Source: Myxococcota bacterium
GTDB lineage: Bacteria > Myxococcota_A > UBA796 > SXON01
Reading direction: 5' to 3'
DNA: 64,000 nt
NCBI GenBank assembly: GCA_040386535.1
Contig: JAZKFH010000032.1
Span: 1-64,000, forward strand
Shown: positions 54,348-62,669 of the stretch, piece by piece
Numbering within the stretch: the stretch's first letter is position 1
Layout: every line of letters begins with the position of its first letter
Position numbers and translations under genes: made by a program
Notes under the pieces: generated by a model
Told to the model about the DNA's origin: nothing
Database searches by the model: none
What the model saw: the letters and a program-made list of their open reading frames with translations, nothing else

Positions 54348-55570
54348 TCGCCCTCCTGCTCGTGGCCTCGGCATCCGCCATCCCGCGCGAGGACGTCCTC
54401 GACAACGCAGCCCGGTACGCGACGCATGCCTGGACCTCGTCCTCCGACAACCAGGCCGCAGTGTGCTCCGACGGCGACTATGAGAGCGATTACCCCTCTG
54501 GCGACTACGTCGGCCTTCCCTACGACTGGGGCGGGTACGTCACCTTGGACGAGTTCGACGAGCAGATCGCCGACGGGTACGGCGCCGGTAGCCACTCCTG
54601 GCACGGCATCCTCTCTTGCACGACGGGCGTGGACTGCTCGGGCTTCGTCTCCATGATCTGGGAGACGGGCCACTACTCGACGTCGTCGTTCGGCAGCGGA
54701 CCCACTGGGGAGGTCGACTGGTCCGAGTTGAAACGCGGGGACGCGATCAACGACCCGGGCAGCCACATGGTCCTGTACACGCACGAAACCGACGCAGGCT
54801 GGCCGGTGTTCTACGAGGCCGTCGGCTCCGCCTCCAAGACGCGCCTGAACTCGACCTCCGGCTGGTCGTACGTCGATGGCTACCAGCCCATCCGTTACGA
54901 CGACATCGAGGACGGGCCCGTCTCCGGCACGGAGGGCACGCCGCGGGACATCGAGGCCTTCCCGTACCACGACTTCCGCTGGACGGCGGGCGCGGCATCC
55001 GACGTGATCGACAGCTACTCGTGCGCCCCCACGACGGATGAATCCGGTCCCGAAGTGCTCTACCGGTTCCAGGCCGCGACCGCGGGAACGCTCTCGGTGG
55101 ACGTGAGCGATGACGTGGGCGTCGACGTTGACATCCACGTACTGACGGGCCCCGACGGCGGCGATTGCGTCGCACGCAACGACAGCACGCTCTCGGTGGA
55201 CGTGGGCCCGGGCGAGGTGTGGATCATCGCGGACACCTACGTCGGCGCGAGCGAGTTCCCCGGCCCCTACCTGCTCTCGGCGACGTTCGACGGCGAGCTC
55301 GGCGAGCTCGACGAGACCGACCCCGTTGAGGACACCGCCGCCGACACGGCGGGGGGGGAGCCCGGGCCGGACGACACGGACACGGACTCGGAGGGCGTGG
55401 AGGACGACCCGGCGGACCTCGGGCGCGGGCGCGGCGAGCCGCGCCGGCTTGTCCGACCGGAACCGGAGGGGGGCTGCGCGTGCGCTGGCTCCCCGGGTAC
55501 GAGCGCTCCAGGCCCGTTTGCCTTCCTGCTGGCTGCCGGGATGGTGTTCTCCATCCGACGGCGCGTCTGA
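54344..55570 (+). CDS. NlpC/P60-like secreted protein with PPC-like domain and MYXO-CTERM-like tail
   Basis: GLPYDWGG, GVDCSGFVS, GD..SHMVL; tail GGCAC...FAFLLAAG..RRR. Confidence 0.75.
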   Translation: MIALLLVASASAIPREDVLDNAARYATHAWTSSSDNQAAVCSDGDYESDYPSGDYVGLPYDWGGYVTLDEFDEQIADGYGAGSHSWHGILSCTTGVDCSGFVSMIWETGHYSTSSFGSGPTGEVDWSELKRGDAINDPGSHMVLYTHETDAGWPVFYEAVGSASKTRLNSTSGWSYVDGYQPIRYDDIEDGPVSGTEGTPRDIEAFPYHDFRWTAGAASDVIDSYSCAPTTDESGPEVLYRFQAATAGTLSVDVSDDVGVDVDIHVLTGPDGGDCVARNDSTLSVDVGPGEVWIIADTYVGASEFPGPYLLSATFDGELGELDETDPVEDTAADTAGGEPGPDDTDTDSEGVEDDPADLGRGRGEPRRLVRPEPEGGCACAGSPGTSAPGPFAFLLAAGMVFSIRRRV

Positions 55571-55583
55571 GCCTGGCAGTCCA

Positions 55584-56594
55584 TTGACCCGTGCGCCCCG
55601 GGATGCGAGCAGAGCGCCACCCCTCCGCTTCGGCACGTACCCAACCCCGGTCGAGCCTCTGCCTTCGCTGTCGAACGCGAGCACGGGCCTCTGGATCAAG
55701 CACGACGATCGCACGTCGACCCTCTACGGCGGAAACAAGGTCCGCAAGCTCGAGCACATCCTGGCCCAGGCGAAGGCCCGGGGGGCCGAGCGCCTGGTCA
55801 CGATGGGTGCCGTCGGCAGCCACCATGTGCTCGCGACCGCCATCTACGGGAGGCAGTTCGGCTTCGAGGTAGAGGCCGTCCTCGTTCCGCAGCCCCGGAC
55901 CGACCACGCGGTAGCAAACGTGCGCGCGGGCCTGGCACAGGGGCTCCGGGTCTTCCCCGTTTCCACCTACGCCGGCGTGCCGCCTCGGGTCGTGTCGCGC
56001 CTGCTCGTTCCCGGGGCGTTTCTGGTCCCGCCGGGAGGCTCTTCGCTCGCGGGCGCAATGGGGTACGTCGAAGCGGCACATGAGCTTGCCAGCCAGGTAC
56101 GATCGGGCCAGCTGCCGGAGCCGGACCTCGTGGTCGTCGCGGCGGGCTCAGGGGGCACGGCCGCAGGGCTCGCGGCGGGGTTGGCGTTGGAAGGCCTCCG
56201 TTCGCGCGTCGTGGGTGTCAGCGTGACCCCGCCGACCGCACTGCTCGGCGCCTACACCCGCATGCTCGCGCTGCGTTGCCTCCGCGCCGCGGGCGCCCCC
56301 GACGAGGATGTCCCTGCGCGCCTGTCCCTGGAAGGGGGCTACCTCGGAGCCGGGTACGGCCATCCCACACAGGAGGGCGCGGACGCCACCGAACGTGCCG
56401 CCGCTGTCGGCATCGAGCTGGACGCCACCTACACCGCCAAGGCCTTTGCGGCGGCCCTCGACCTCGTGGGCGCGGCCCGCGTCGCCACCATCCTCTACTG
56501 GCACACGCTCTCGACCGCGAGCATGGAGCCGCTCCTCCAAGGGGCACCGCAGGAAGAGGCGCTCCCGCTCGGGGTGCGGCGCCTCCTCCTGTGA
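55584..56594 (+). CDS. D-cysteine desulfhydrase/ACC deaminase family PLP enzyme; start uncertain
   Basis: PTPV, YGGNKVRKLE, GSGGT, YLGAGYG, DATYTAKA. Confidence 0.88.
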   Translation: MTRAPRDASRAPPLRFGTYPTPVEPLPSLSNASTGLWIKHDDRTSTLYGGNKVRKLEHILAQAKARGAERLVTMGAVGSHHVLATAIYGRQFGFEVEAVLVPQPRTDHAVANVRAGLAQGLRVFPVSTYAGVPPRVVSRLLVPGAFLVPPGGSSLAGAMGYVEAAHELASQVRSGQLPEPDLVVVAAGSGGTAAGLAAGLALEGLRSRVVGVSVTPPTALLGAYTRMLALRCLRAAGAPDEDVPARLSLEGGYLGAGYGHPTQEGADATERAAAVGIELDATYTAKAFAAALDLVGAARVATILYWHTLSTASMEPLLQGAPQEEALPLGVRRLLL

Positions 56595-56619
56595 GGATAC
56601 CGTGCCGTCCATGGAGGCC

Positions 56620-56829
56620 ATGTTGGAAGAAATCACGCTGAAGGTGGACGGAATGACCTGCGGGGGCTGCGTCAACGGGGTCGAGAAAGCGGTGTCCCGA
56701 GTCCGAGGTGTCACCGAAGTCAAGGTTGACCTGAAGGCGGGCACCGCGCGCGTCCGCGGCACCGCGCTCGACGCCGAGACGCTGGTCGCCGTCGTGTACG
56801 ACGCCGGGTACGAGGCGCGTGTCGAATGA
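56620..56829 (+). CDS. copZ: HMA-domain copper chaperone
   Basis: VDGMTCGGC...AGY, about 69 aa, SD GGAGG. Confidence 0.85.
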   Translation: MLEEITLKVDGMTCGGCVNGVEKAVSRVRGVTEVKVDLKAGTARVRGTALDAETLVAVVYDAGYEARVE

Positions 56830-57478
56830 GCGGCCGGGCGAGCGCCCCGGCTACATCCCGGCGTTGGGCTTCCACTCCCTGACCCGGGTGTTCGACCCGC
56901 TCCTCAAGTGGACGATGCGGGACGAGCGCTTCAAGACGCGCCTGCTCGATCAAGCGGGGATCGGCCCCGGCATCCGAGCACTCGATCTCGGATGCGGGAC
57001 GGGTACGCTCGCCGTGCTCGCCGCGCAGCGAGGAGCGGAAATCACAGGTGTGGACGCCGATGCGACCGCGCTCGGGCTCGCGCGCGAGAAGGCGGCGGCG
57101 CTGCCCGTAACGTTCGTGGAGGGTCTCACCACCGAGGTGGAGCTGCCCCCCGGCAGCTTCGACCGCGTGCTCTCGAGCCTGTTCTTCCATCACCTCCTGC
57201 CGGACGCCAAGGCCGCGACACTGGCCCGTGCGCATGAATGGCTGCGCCCCGGCGGGTCGATCCACATCGCCGATTGGGGACGCGCAGCCAACCCGTTGAT
57301 GCGGGGCCTCTACTACAGCGTCCAGTTGCTGGACGGGTTCTCGACCACCGAGGACAACGTCCGCGGACTGCTGCCCGCCATGTTGCGACAGGCCGGATTC
57401 GAGGAGGTCGAGGAGACGCGGACCGAAGCCACCGTGTTCGGCACGCTGTCGTTCTACCGGGGGCTCCGTCCGGCGTGA
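56819..57478 (+). CDS. Class I SAM-dependent methyltransferase (paralog of 16788..17444)
   Basis: YIPALG, LDLGCGTG, SSLFFHHL, WLRPGG. Confidence 0.9.
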   Translation: MSNERPGERPGYIPALGFHSLTRVFDPLLKWTMRDERFKTRLLDQAGIGPGIRALDLGCGTGTLAVLAAQRGAEITGVDADATALGLAREKAAALPVTFVEGLTTEVELPPGSFDRVLSSLFFHHLLPDAKAATLARAHEWLRPGGSIHIADWGRAANPLMRGLYYSVQLLDGFSTTEDNVRGLLPAMLRQAGFEEVEETRTEATVFGTLSFYRGLRPA

Positions 57479-57485
57479 GCCTTTG

Positions 57486-58343
57486 TCATCGGCGTTCGAG
57501 AAGATAGTATTTGTACCGTAGGAACCCCGCGTCGAAGCCGGCCCGGATGTAGAGCGCGGCGGGGAACTGCTCCTTGATGAGCCGAAGGCACTCCGGGCCC
57601 AGCGACGCGGCCTTGTCCACCAAACCTGGCAGGTTCTCCAACGTCAGCTCCTTGATCGCCCGGATGGCGCTTTCGTAGGCATACTCCCAGTTGCGACGGG
57701 TGCAGTGGTTGAGGTCTTCGGCCTCGAGGATGTGGAAGTAGGGGCGGAAGTGGACCTCGTACGCCTCCCCCGTCTCGAGCGACGGGATGGCCCAATACCG
57801 CATGAAGGGCTCCAGCACGAGCTCCTCCTGCACCGGGGTCAGCCCCTCCGCCCGGCACCAGTCGATCCACAAGAGTCGGCCGCCCGGCCGCATCACCTGC
57901 GCTGTTCGTCGAATCGCGAGCGCCTTGTCCGGCAGGTAGCAGGCGGCATCCATGAAAGCGACGGCATCAAAGGTTTCAGGCAGCTCGTGAACCTGCATGA
58001 TGTCGTGACGTCGGAAGGTGAGGTTCGGGAGGACTCTCTGGCGCGCCCGGGAGAGTTGGGTGTCGGAGATGTCGATGCCGGTCACCTTGCCGCTGGTGTT
58101 GCGGGCCATGATCTCGGCGAAACCACCGCGGCCGCAGGCCATCTCCAGCGTCTGCCGCGCGTCGGCCACCCTGAGCGCGCGTACATAGCGGTCGTGAGTG
58201 CGCCCGAACGCCTCGTCCCACGTCTCGTCGCCCTCGAACAGCGCGAAGTGGAAGTACTCGTGCCAGTAGCGGGCGTAGAGCTCGCTCACCGCTGCGAACA
58301 TCTCCTGCATGTCGGCCGCGTGGAAACCATCCCGTGTGACCAC
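57486..58343 (-). CDS. SAM-dependent methyltransferase (tocopherol/sterol C-methyltransferase-like)
   Basis: YWHEYFHF, LEMACGRGG, GIDIS, MRPGG. Confidence 0.82.
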   Translation of the reverse strand: MVTRDGFHAADMQEMFAAVSELYARYWHEYFHFALFEGDETWDEAFGRTHDRYVRALRVADARQTLEMACGRGGFAEIMARNTSGKVTGIDISDTQLSRARQRVLPNLTFRRHDIMQVHELPETFDAVAFMDAACYLPDKALAIRRTAQVMRPGGRLLWIDWCRAEGLTPVQEELVLEPFMRYWAIPSLETGEAYEVHFRPYFHILEAEDLNHCTRRNWEYAYESAIRAIKELTLENLPGLVDKAASLGPECLRLIKEQFPAALYIRAGFDAGFLRYKYYLLERR

Positions 58344-58671
58344 CTCGCCCTCCTCTTGATCAGTTACCTGCCGTGAAGGTTAGCCACGGAGGGGTGCCGG
58401 GAACCTGTGGCCGTATGGGTCACAGAGTGCCTGGGCCCGCTCGCTTCGACCCTTTGGAACAGATAAATTGGCGAGAGCGCCGCTGGCGGCGGTGATACGA
58501 CCGCTGCTCCCGACGACGCTCGGGTGTGCAACCTGCGCGCGGGCCTCCTGTGGGGCGTACGGTCGTCGTGTCTCGACCCCTGGGGGCCGCACCGGAACCG
58601 TGACCCGCGCTGTTACTCTTCCACTTCGCCTCCAAACCATCTAAGGAGACAGGCCTCTACCGGAGACCCTG

Positions 58672-59070
58672 ATGTTCCGCCTGTTCGCCCCCGTACTCCT
58701 CCTGGCCGCCTGCACCGGCAAGGCCGCCGACGACACCGGCGCTCCCGCCGACGACACCTCGACGGACACCGACACCGACACAACGCCCGCGTGTGCCACC
58801 TTGAGCTCAGGCGACGACTGGGCCTGGAACGGCGAGTGCCCCCAGATGCGCACCCCGTGCGACATCGTCGTGGAGGAGTGCGCGGTTTCGATCGACTACT
58901 CGACGGACGGCGGCATGACGATGGGCATGCCCTACGTCGCCACGATCGACGGGGACACGATCACGTTCGAAGACGGGGACTCCATCACCGGCTGCGTGGG
59001 TACGATCGAGGACGCCGACACCATCTCGGGCACCTGCGACGGGGGCTGCACGTTCACGCTCCGCCGGTAG
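58672..59070 (+). CDS. Small Cys/Met-containing lipoprotein
   Basis: LAAC lipobox, acidic linker, GMTMGMP, SGTCDGG. Confidence 0.7.
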   Translation: MFRLFAPVLLLAACTGKAADDTGAPADDTSTDTDTDTTPACATLSSGDDWAWNGECPQMRTPCDIVVEECAVSIDYSTDGGMTMGMPYVATIDGDTITFEDGDSITGCVGTIEDADTISGTCDGGCTFTLRR

Positions 59071-59191
59071 GCGTGCGCGGCTGACACTCTCGCGCCGCCG
59101 CCGCGTGACACCGGCGGTGACACTTCCCCGCTCCGGGCGAGTGGGTATGACTCCCCTGATCCTCGGCTTTTTCCGGGGATCCGGAACGAAC

Positions 59192-59572
59192 GTGCGCCAG
59201 CAGACGTCTACCACCTCCGCGCCGGGCAAGGGCATCTCTCTAACGGCGCAGATCCAGCAGTGCCTCGACGCGTGCTACGCCTGCGCAACGGCCTGCGGCG
59301 CGTGCGGCACCGCGTGTGTCGACGCCGCGCGGCCCGAGCTCGCGAAGTGCGCCCGGCTCTGCCTCGACACCCAACAGGTCATCCTCACCACCACCGCGTT
59401 GATGAGCCGCCTCTCCGCCGTGGACGCTGCGGCCTGTGAGTTCTGCGCAAAGGTCTGCGAGGCATGCGCCACTGAGTGCGAACGGCACGCCGCCCACCAC
59501 GAGCACTGCCGGCAATGCGCCGAGGCCTGCCGCCGGTGCGCGGCCGAGTGCGCGCGGATGGCCGCCGTGTAG
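59192..59572 (+). CDS. Four-helix-bundle copper storage protein (Csp3/DUF326-like); alternative start 59147
   Basis: 18 Cys in CxxC/CxxxC spacing, HHEHCRQCAEACRRCAAEC, no Tat signal. Confidence 0.88.
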   Translation: MRQQTSTTSAPGKGISLTAQIQQCLDACYACATACGACGTACVDAARPELAKCARLCLDTQQVILTTTALMSRLSAVDAAACEFCAKVCEACATECERHAAHHEHCRQCAEACRRCAAECARMAAV

Positions 59573-59623
59573 CTCCTGCGCCGCGTGTCTCTGGGGTCGG
59601 CCTGTCGAGCTCCTGGAGCAGGC

Positions 59624-60421
59624 ATGCCCCGCGCCCGCGTCGACTTCCGCGTGGTCTCCCGCCGTGACGTCCTGGCCGGCCTCGCCGCGGCTACGGGCGC
59701 AGCAGCCTGCGACAACACCTCGTTCCCGTCGCCGGGGGGCACGGGAGCGGGTGCCGAGGCGGCGGCCCCTGGTGAGCCGATCGCCCCGATCACCGCAAAT
59801 GTCGATTTCTACGTGACTAGCTGCTGCGGCACGAACGAGTACAACCTTGCCATCTCCAACGCCGTGTGGACAGGCCTGCCACTGCGCGACATCTTCGAGT
59901 CCTTGGGTGTAACCATCCCTGTCACAGCCCTGGAGCTCGTCTTCACGTCCGCGGACGGCTACTCGACCTCGCTGCCGGTCTCCGACATCGACAAGCCGCT
60001 CTGGCTCGTCTGGCGGATGAATGGCGAGCCGCTGCCCGCCACGCACGGCTACCCCGCGCGCCTGCTCGTCCCCGGGCGCTACGGGATGAAGAACCCCAAG
60101 TGGATCGTCGGCATCACCTTCACCGACACCCCCTACACCGGCGGCCACTGGGAGTCCTACGGCTGGTCGAACGAGGCGACCTATCGACCCAACGCGCTCG
60201 TCCGCGAGCCCGGCCGCCGCGCCACGGTTGAGGTCGGCCCAGTCCTCGTGCAGGACATGGCGTTCGCCGGGAGCGACCCGATCGCGCGCGTTCAGGTCCG
60301 CTTCGACGGCGGCGACTGGACCGAAGCAACGCTCGATTACGCGCCCGGCCCCGATGTGTGGACCCTCTGGCACATCGACTGGGATGCCCCGGTGGGCAGC
60401 ATGGAGGTCGAGGTCGTGTAG
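59624..60421 (+). pseudogene. Sulfite oxidase/MsrP-like molybdoenzyme with apparent internal deletion and short C-terminus
   Basis: Tat SRRDVL, ISNAVWTG, ADGY, MNGEPLP..HGYPARLLVPGRYGMKNPKW. The segment normally found between FYV and the Mo-Cys region is absent. Confidence 0.6.
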
Positions 60422-60466
60422 AAGCCGGCAACGGTGAAAGCGTAGGATGGAGTACGCCGCGAACGG

Positions 60467-60844
60467 CTATTCGTCCGCTGAAAACTCGAACCCGTCCCCG
60501 TTGTCGCACGTCCCCGAGAACGCCGTTGACGCACTGGCCGTGCCCGTGCACTCACGCCACCCGGACGTGAGCCCGTCGAGGGTCAGGGCGTCGCCATCGA
60601 GCGCGCCGCCCGTCGGCAGGTCCCCCATTGCCATGCTCCAACTGTCGAGCGTGAACGTGCAGGAGACCTCGTCCATGGTGAGCTCGACGAACATGTCGCC
60701 GCTGCCTTCGGGCATGCCGAGGGCGGCGCCGACGCCCAGCCAGCTCCCTGAGGTGAGCGCCGTGCAGGTGTCTCCCCCTTCGAGGGCCTCCGGCTTCTCG
60801 GGCGTGCAGGCGGAGAGCAGGAAGAGAACGAGGAGGGCGCGCAT
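60467..60844 (-). CDS. Small Cys/Met-containing lipoprotein (paralog of 58672..59070)
   Basis: LSAC lipobox; CTALTSG.W, MAMGDLP, DGD, CTGT, SGTCDNG. Confidence 0.7.
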   Translation of the reverse strand: MRALLVLFLLSACTPEKPEALEGGDTCTALTSGSWLGVGAALGMPEGSGDMFVELTMDEVSCTFTLDSWSMAMGDLPTGGALDGDALTLDGLTSGWRECTGTASASTAFSGTCDNGDGFEFSADE

Positions 60845-60861
60845 GAGAACTCCAGCGGTCG

Positions 60862-60880
60862 GATACCCCGGTGGGGTATC
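60862..60880. promoter_or_regulatory. CsoR/RcnR-type operator
   Basis: Perfect inverted repeat GATACCCC-GGT-GGGGTATC between divergent genes. Confidence 0.75.
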
Positions 60881-60940
60881 ATCCTCGTGCCGTTGTCGGG
60901 ATACCCGAAAGGCGTCCCCTTCGCACGCGGGAGGTACCGG

Positions 60941-61405
60941 ATGATTGCGCGCCTGCTCCTCGCCCTTCTCCTGACAACGGGTGCGCCGGCCCGCGCGAGC
61001 GACATTCCCTTCGCCGCCCCGGCCATCGCCACGACCTCGCTCCACGGGTACGACGCCGTGCGCGCCCGCCTCGTCGCCGACGATCTGACCGGAACGGCCG
61101 CGGCGGCACGCGCGCTCGCCGCCTCCGATCCGGCGCTGGCCCCCCCGGCAACCGCTGTAGCGGAGGCCGTCGATCTCGCGGCCATGCGCGTCGCCTTCGG
61201 GGAGCTCTCCCGCGCTGTTGCGCTCGGCTTGGGGAGCGCAGCCCCGCCCGCGAAGGTCTGGGCCTACCGGTGCCCGATGGTCGGCGGCTACGGCTACTGG
61301 TTGCAGACCTCGGCGGGGCTCGCGAACCCCTACATGGGCCAGGCGATGCCGGCGTGCGGCGAGGGCGTGGCGCTGAAGGCCGCGATCAAGGCCGCCGCGC
61401 CGTGA
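60941..61405 (+). CDS. DUF3347-type exported metal-binding protein
   Basis: Y...LVADD, RVAFGELS, YRCPM..WLQ..ANPYMGQAMPACG. Confidence 0.82.
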   Translation: MIARLLLALLLTTGAPARASDIPFAAPAIATTSLHGYDAVRARLVADDLTGTAAAARALAASDPALAPPATAVAEAVDLAAMRVAFGELSRAVALGLGSAAPPAKVWAYRCPMVGGYGYWLQTSAGLANPYMGQAMPACGEGVALKAAIKAAAP

Positions 61406-61731
61406 CCTGGCCCCCCCTCCGCTCGGAACGAGGCGGCCGTCCCGTCGCGACGGCACTCGGAGCGACCGATCCCGCGGGCATCGTGGCCGCCTGCCTCGCG
61501 CGGGTGCCGCTCTCCGCCACGATCGAGGTGGCGGACGCTCCATCGCGCGCGCGGCCCGCGGCCCGTGGGCGCTACGCGGCCGGCCTCATCACCTTGTTTC
61601 CGGCTGCGTTCGCCGACCCGCTCACGCTCGCCTGGACTGTACTCCACGAACTCGGTCACGCCGCCGGGCTGGACGAGGCGGGCGCCGAGCACCTCGCGGC
61701 CTCGCATCTGGGGATCGCATGCTCGCCTTGA
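61402..61731 (+). CDS. Small HExxH (zincin-like) protein
   Basis: VLHELGH...DE; GTGA-coupled upstream and overlaps the next gene. Confidence 0.5.
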   Translation: MTWPPLRSERGGRPVATALGATDPAGIVAACLARVPLSATIEVADAPSRARPAARGRYAAGLITLFPAAFADPLTLAWTVLHELGHAAGLDEAGAEHLAASHLGIACSP

Positions 61732-62624
61732 TGCTGCTGGCCACGCAGGCGCACGCGCAGGCATGCATCTGCTCGCGCAACGTGGCGCTCCCGACGGGGG
61801 TGGCGGTCCGGCCCTGGGAGGGAACGTTCACGGTCGAGTACGCCGTCAATCAGAGCGGCGGGGAGGGATGGTCCGGCTTCTCGACCGTCGATCGCGGTGG
61901 CAACAGCATGGCGGCGATGGCCATGCCCGGGCACCTGGTGCAGACGCCGAGCCTGACTGCCGCCCTCGGCCTCCCGGCGAGCTTCTCGGTCGAGGCGACG
62001 CTCCCTTGGATGGACATCCGGCACCTCTACCCGTCCGAGATGCCCGGAGACGTGGACTCGTCCTCGCTGGCCGACACGACCGTGCTCGTTCGCTGGGGTC
62101 GCCCGTCCAAGGACAAGCGGACGTTCTTCGGTGTCGGGGCCGGTGTCTCCCTCCCCACTGGGAAGGTGGTGGTCGACACACCCGTGCGCGCAGGGAAGGG
62201 CGCCGTGGGCGGCATCGTGAACGTGCAGGTCCTTCGGAAGGTGTCTCCGCTCGTGGGCGTCGGCCTGTCCGCGGGCGCGAGCCCCACGATCTTCGAGCCC
62301 GTCGACCGCTACCGGGTCGGGTCCAGCGCGAGCGTGGCCGCCGGCGTCCGCTTCACACCGCGGGAGAACGGACGGTGGATGTTCAGCGGGTACCTGATCG
62401 GACAGTTCCGGGACAAGGATCGCGAGGAGGCCCTCGTGTACGAGCACACCGGCGTCCTGAGCGCCGGGGTTTCCCTCGGCGCGAGCTGGAATGTGTGGGC
62501 GAAGGATCTTCGCTCGGTGACCCTCCTCGCGCGGGGCGAGGTGCCGCTCTGGCAGATCGTCGGCGATCCCTGGTTGGCCGAGAACTGGGGGGCGACGGCG
62601 GGGGTGAATGTGGTGGCGTTCTGA
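61719..62624 (+). CDS. Outer-membrane beta-barrel/transporter-like protein with N-terminal CxC
   Basis: Signal AHA|QACIC, MAAMAMPGH, GVSLPTG, GKGA, amphipathic strands, C-terminal Phe. Confidence 0.7.
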   Translation: MLALMLLATQAHAQACICSRNVALPTGVAVRPWEGTFTVEYAVNQSGGEGWSGFSTVDRGGNSMAAMAMPGHLVQTPSLTAALGLPASFSVEATLPWMDIRHLYPSEMPGDVDSSSLADTTVLVRWGRPSKDKRTFFGVGAGVSLPTGKVVVDTPVRAGKGAVGGIVNVQVLRKVSPLVGVGLSAGASPTIFEPVDRYRVGSSASVAAGVRFTPRENGRWMFSGYLIGQFRDKDREEALVYEHTGVLSAGVSLGASWNVWAKDLRSVTLLARGEVPLWQIVGDPWLAENWGATAGVNVVAF

Positions 62625-62669
62625 CGGTGGTGTGCCAGCGTTCCCGCCGTCCCAGAAGCTGAGCTCACC

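Noticed and set aside
58344..58671. Riboswitch or ncRNA in the 330-bp intergenic region
   Set aside because: No conserved riboswitch motif was recognised by eye. An Rfam/Infernal scan would be needed.
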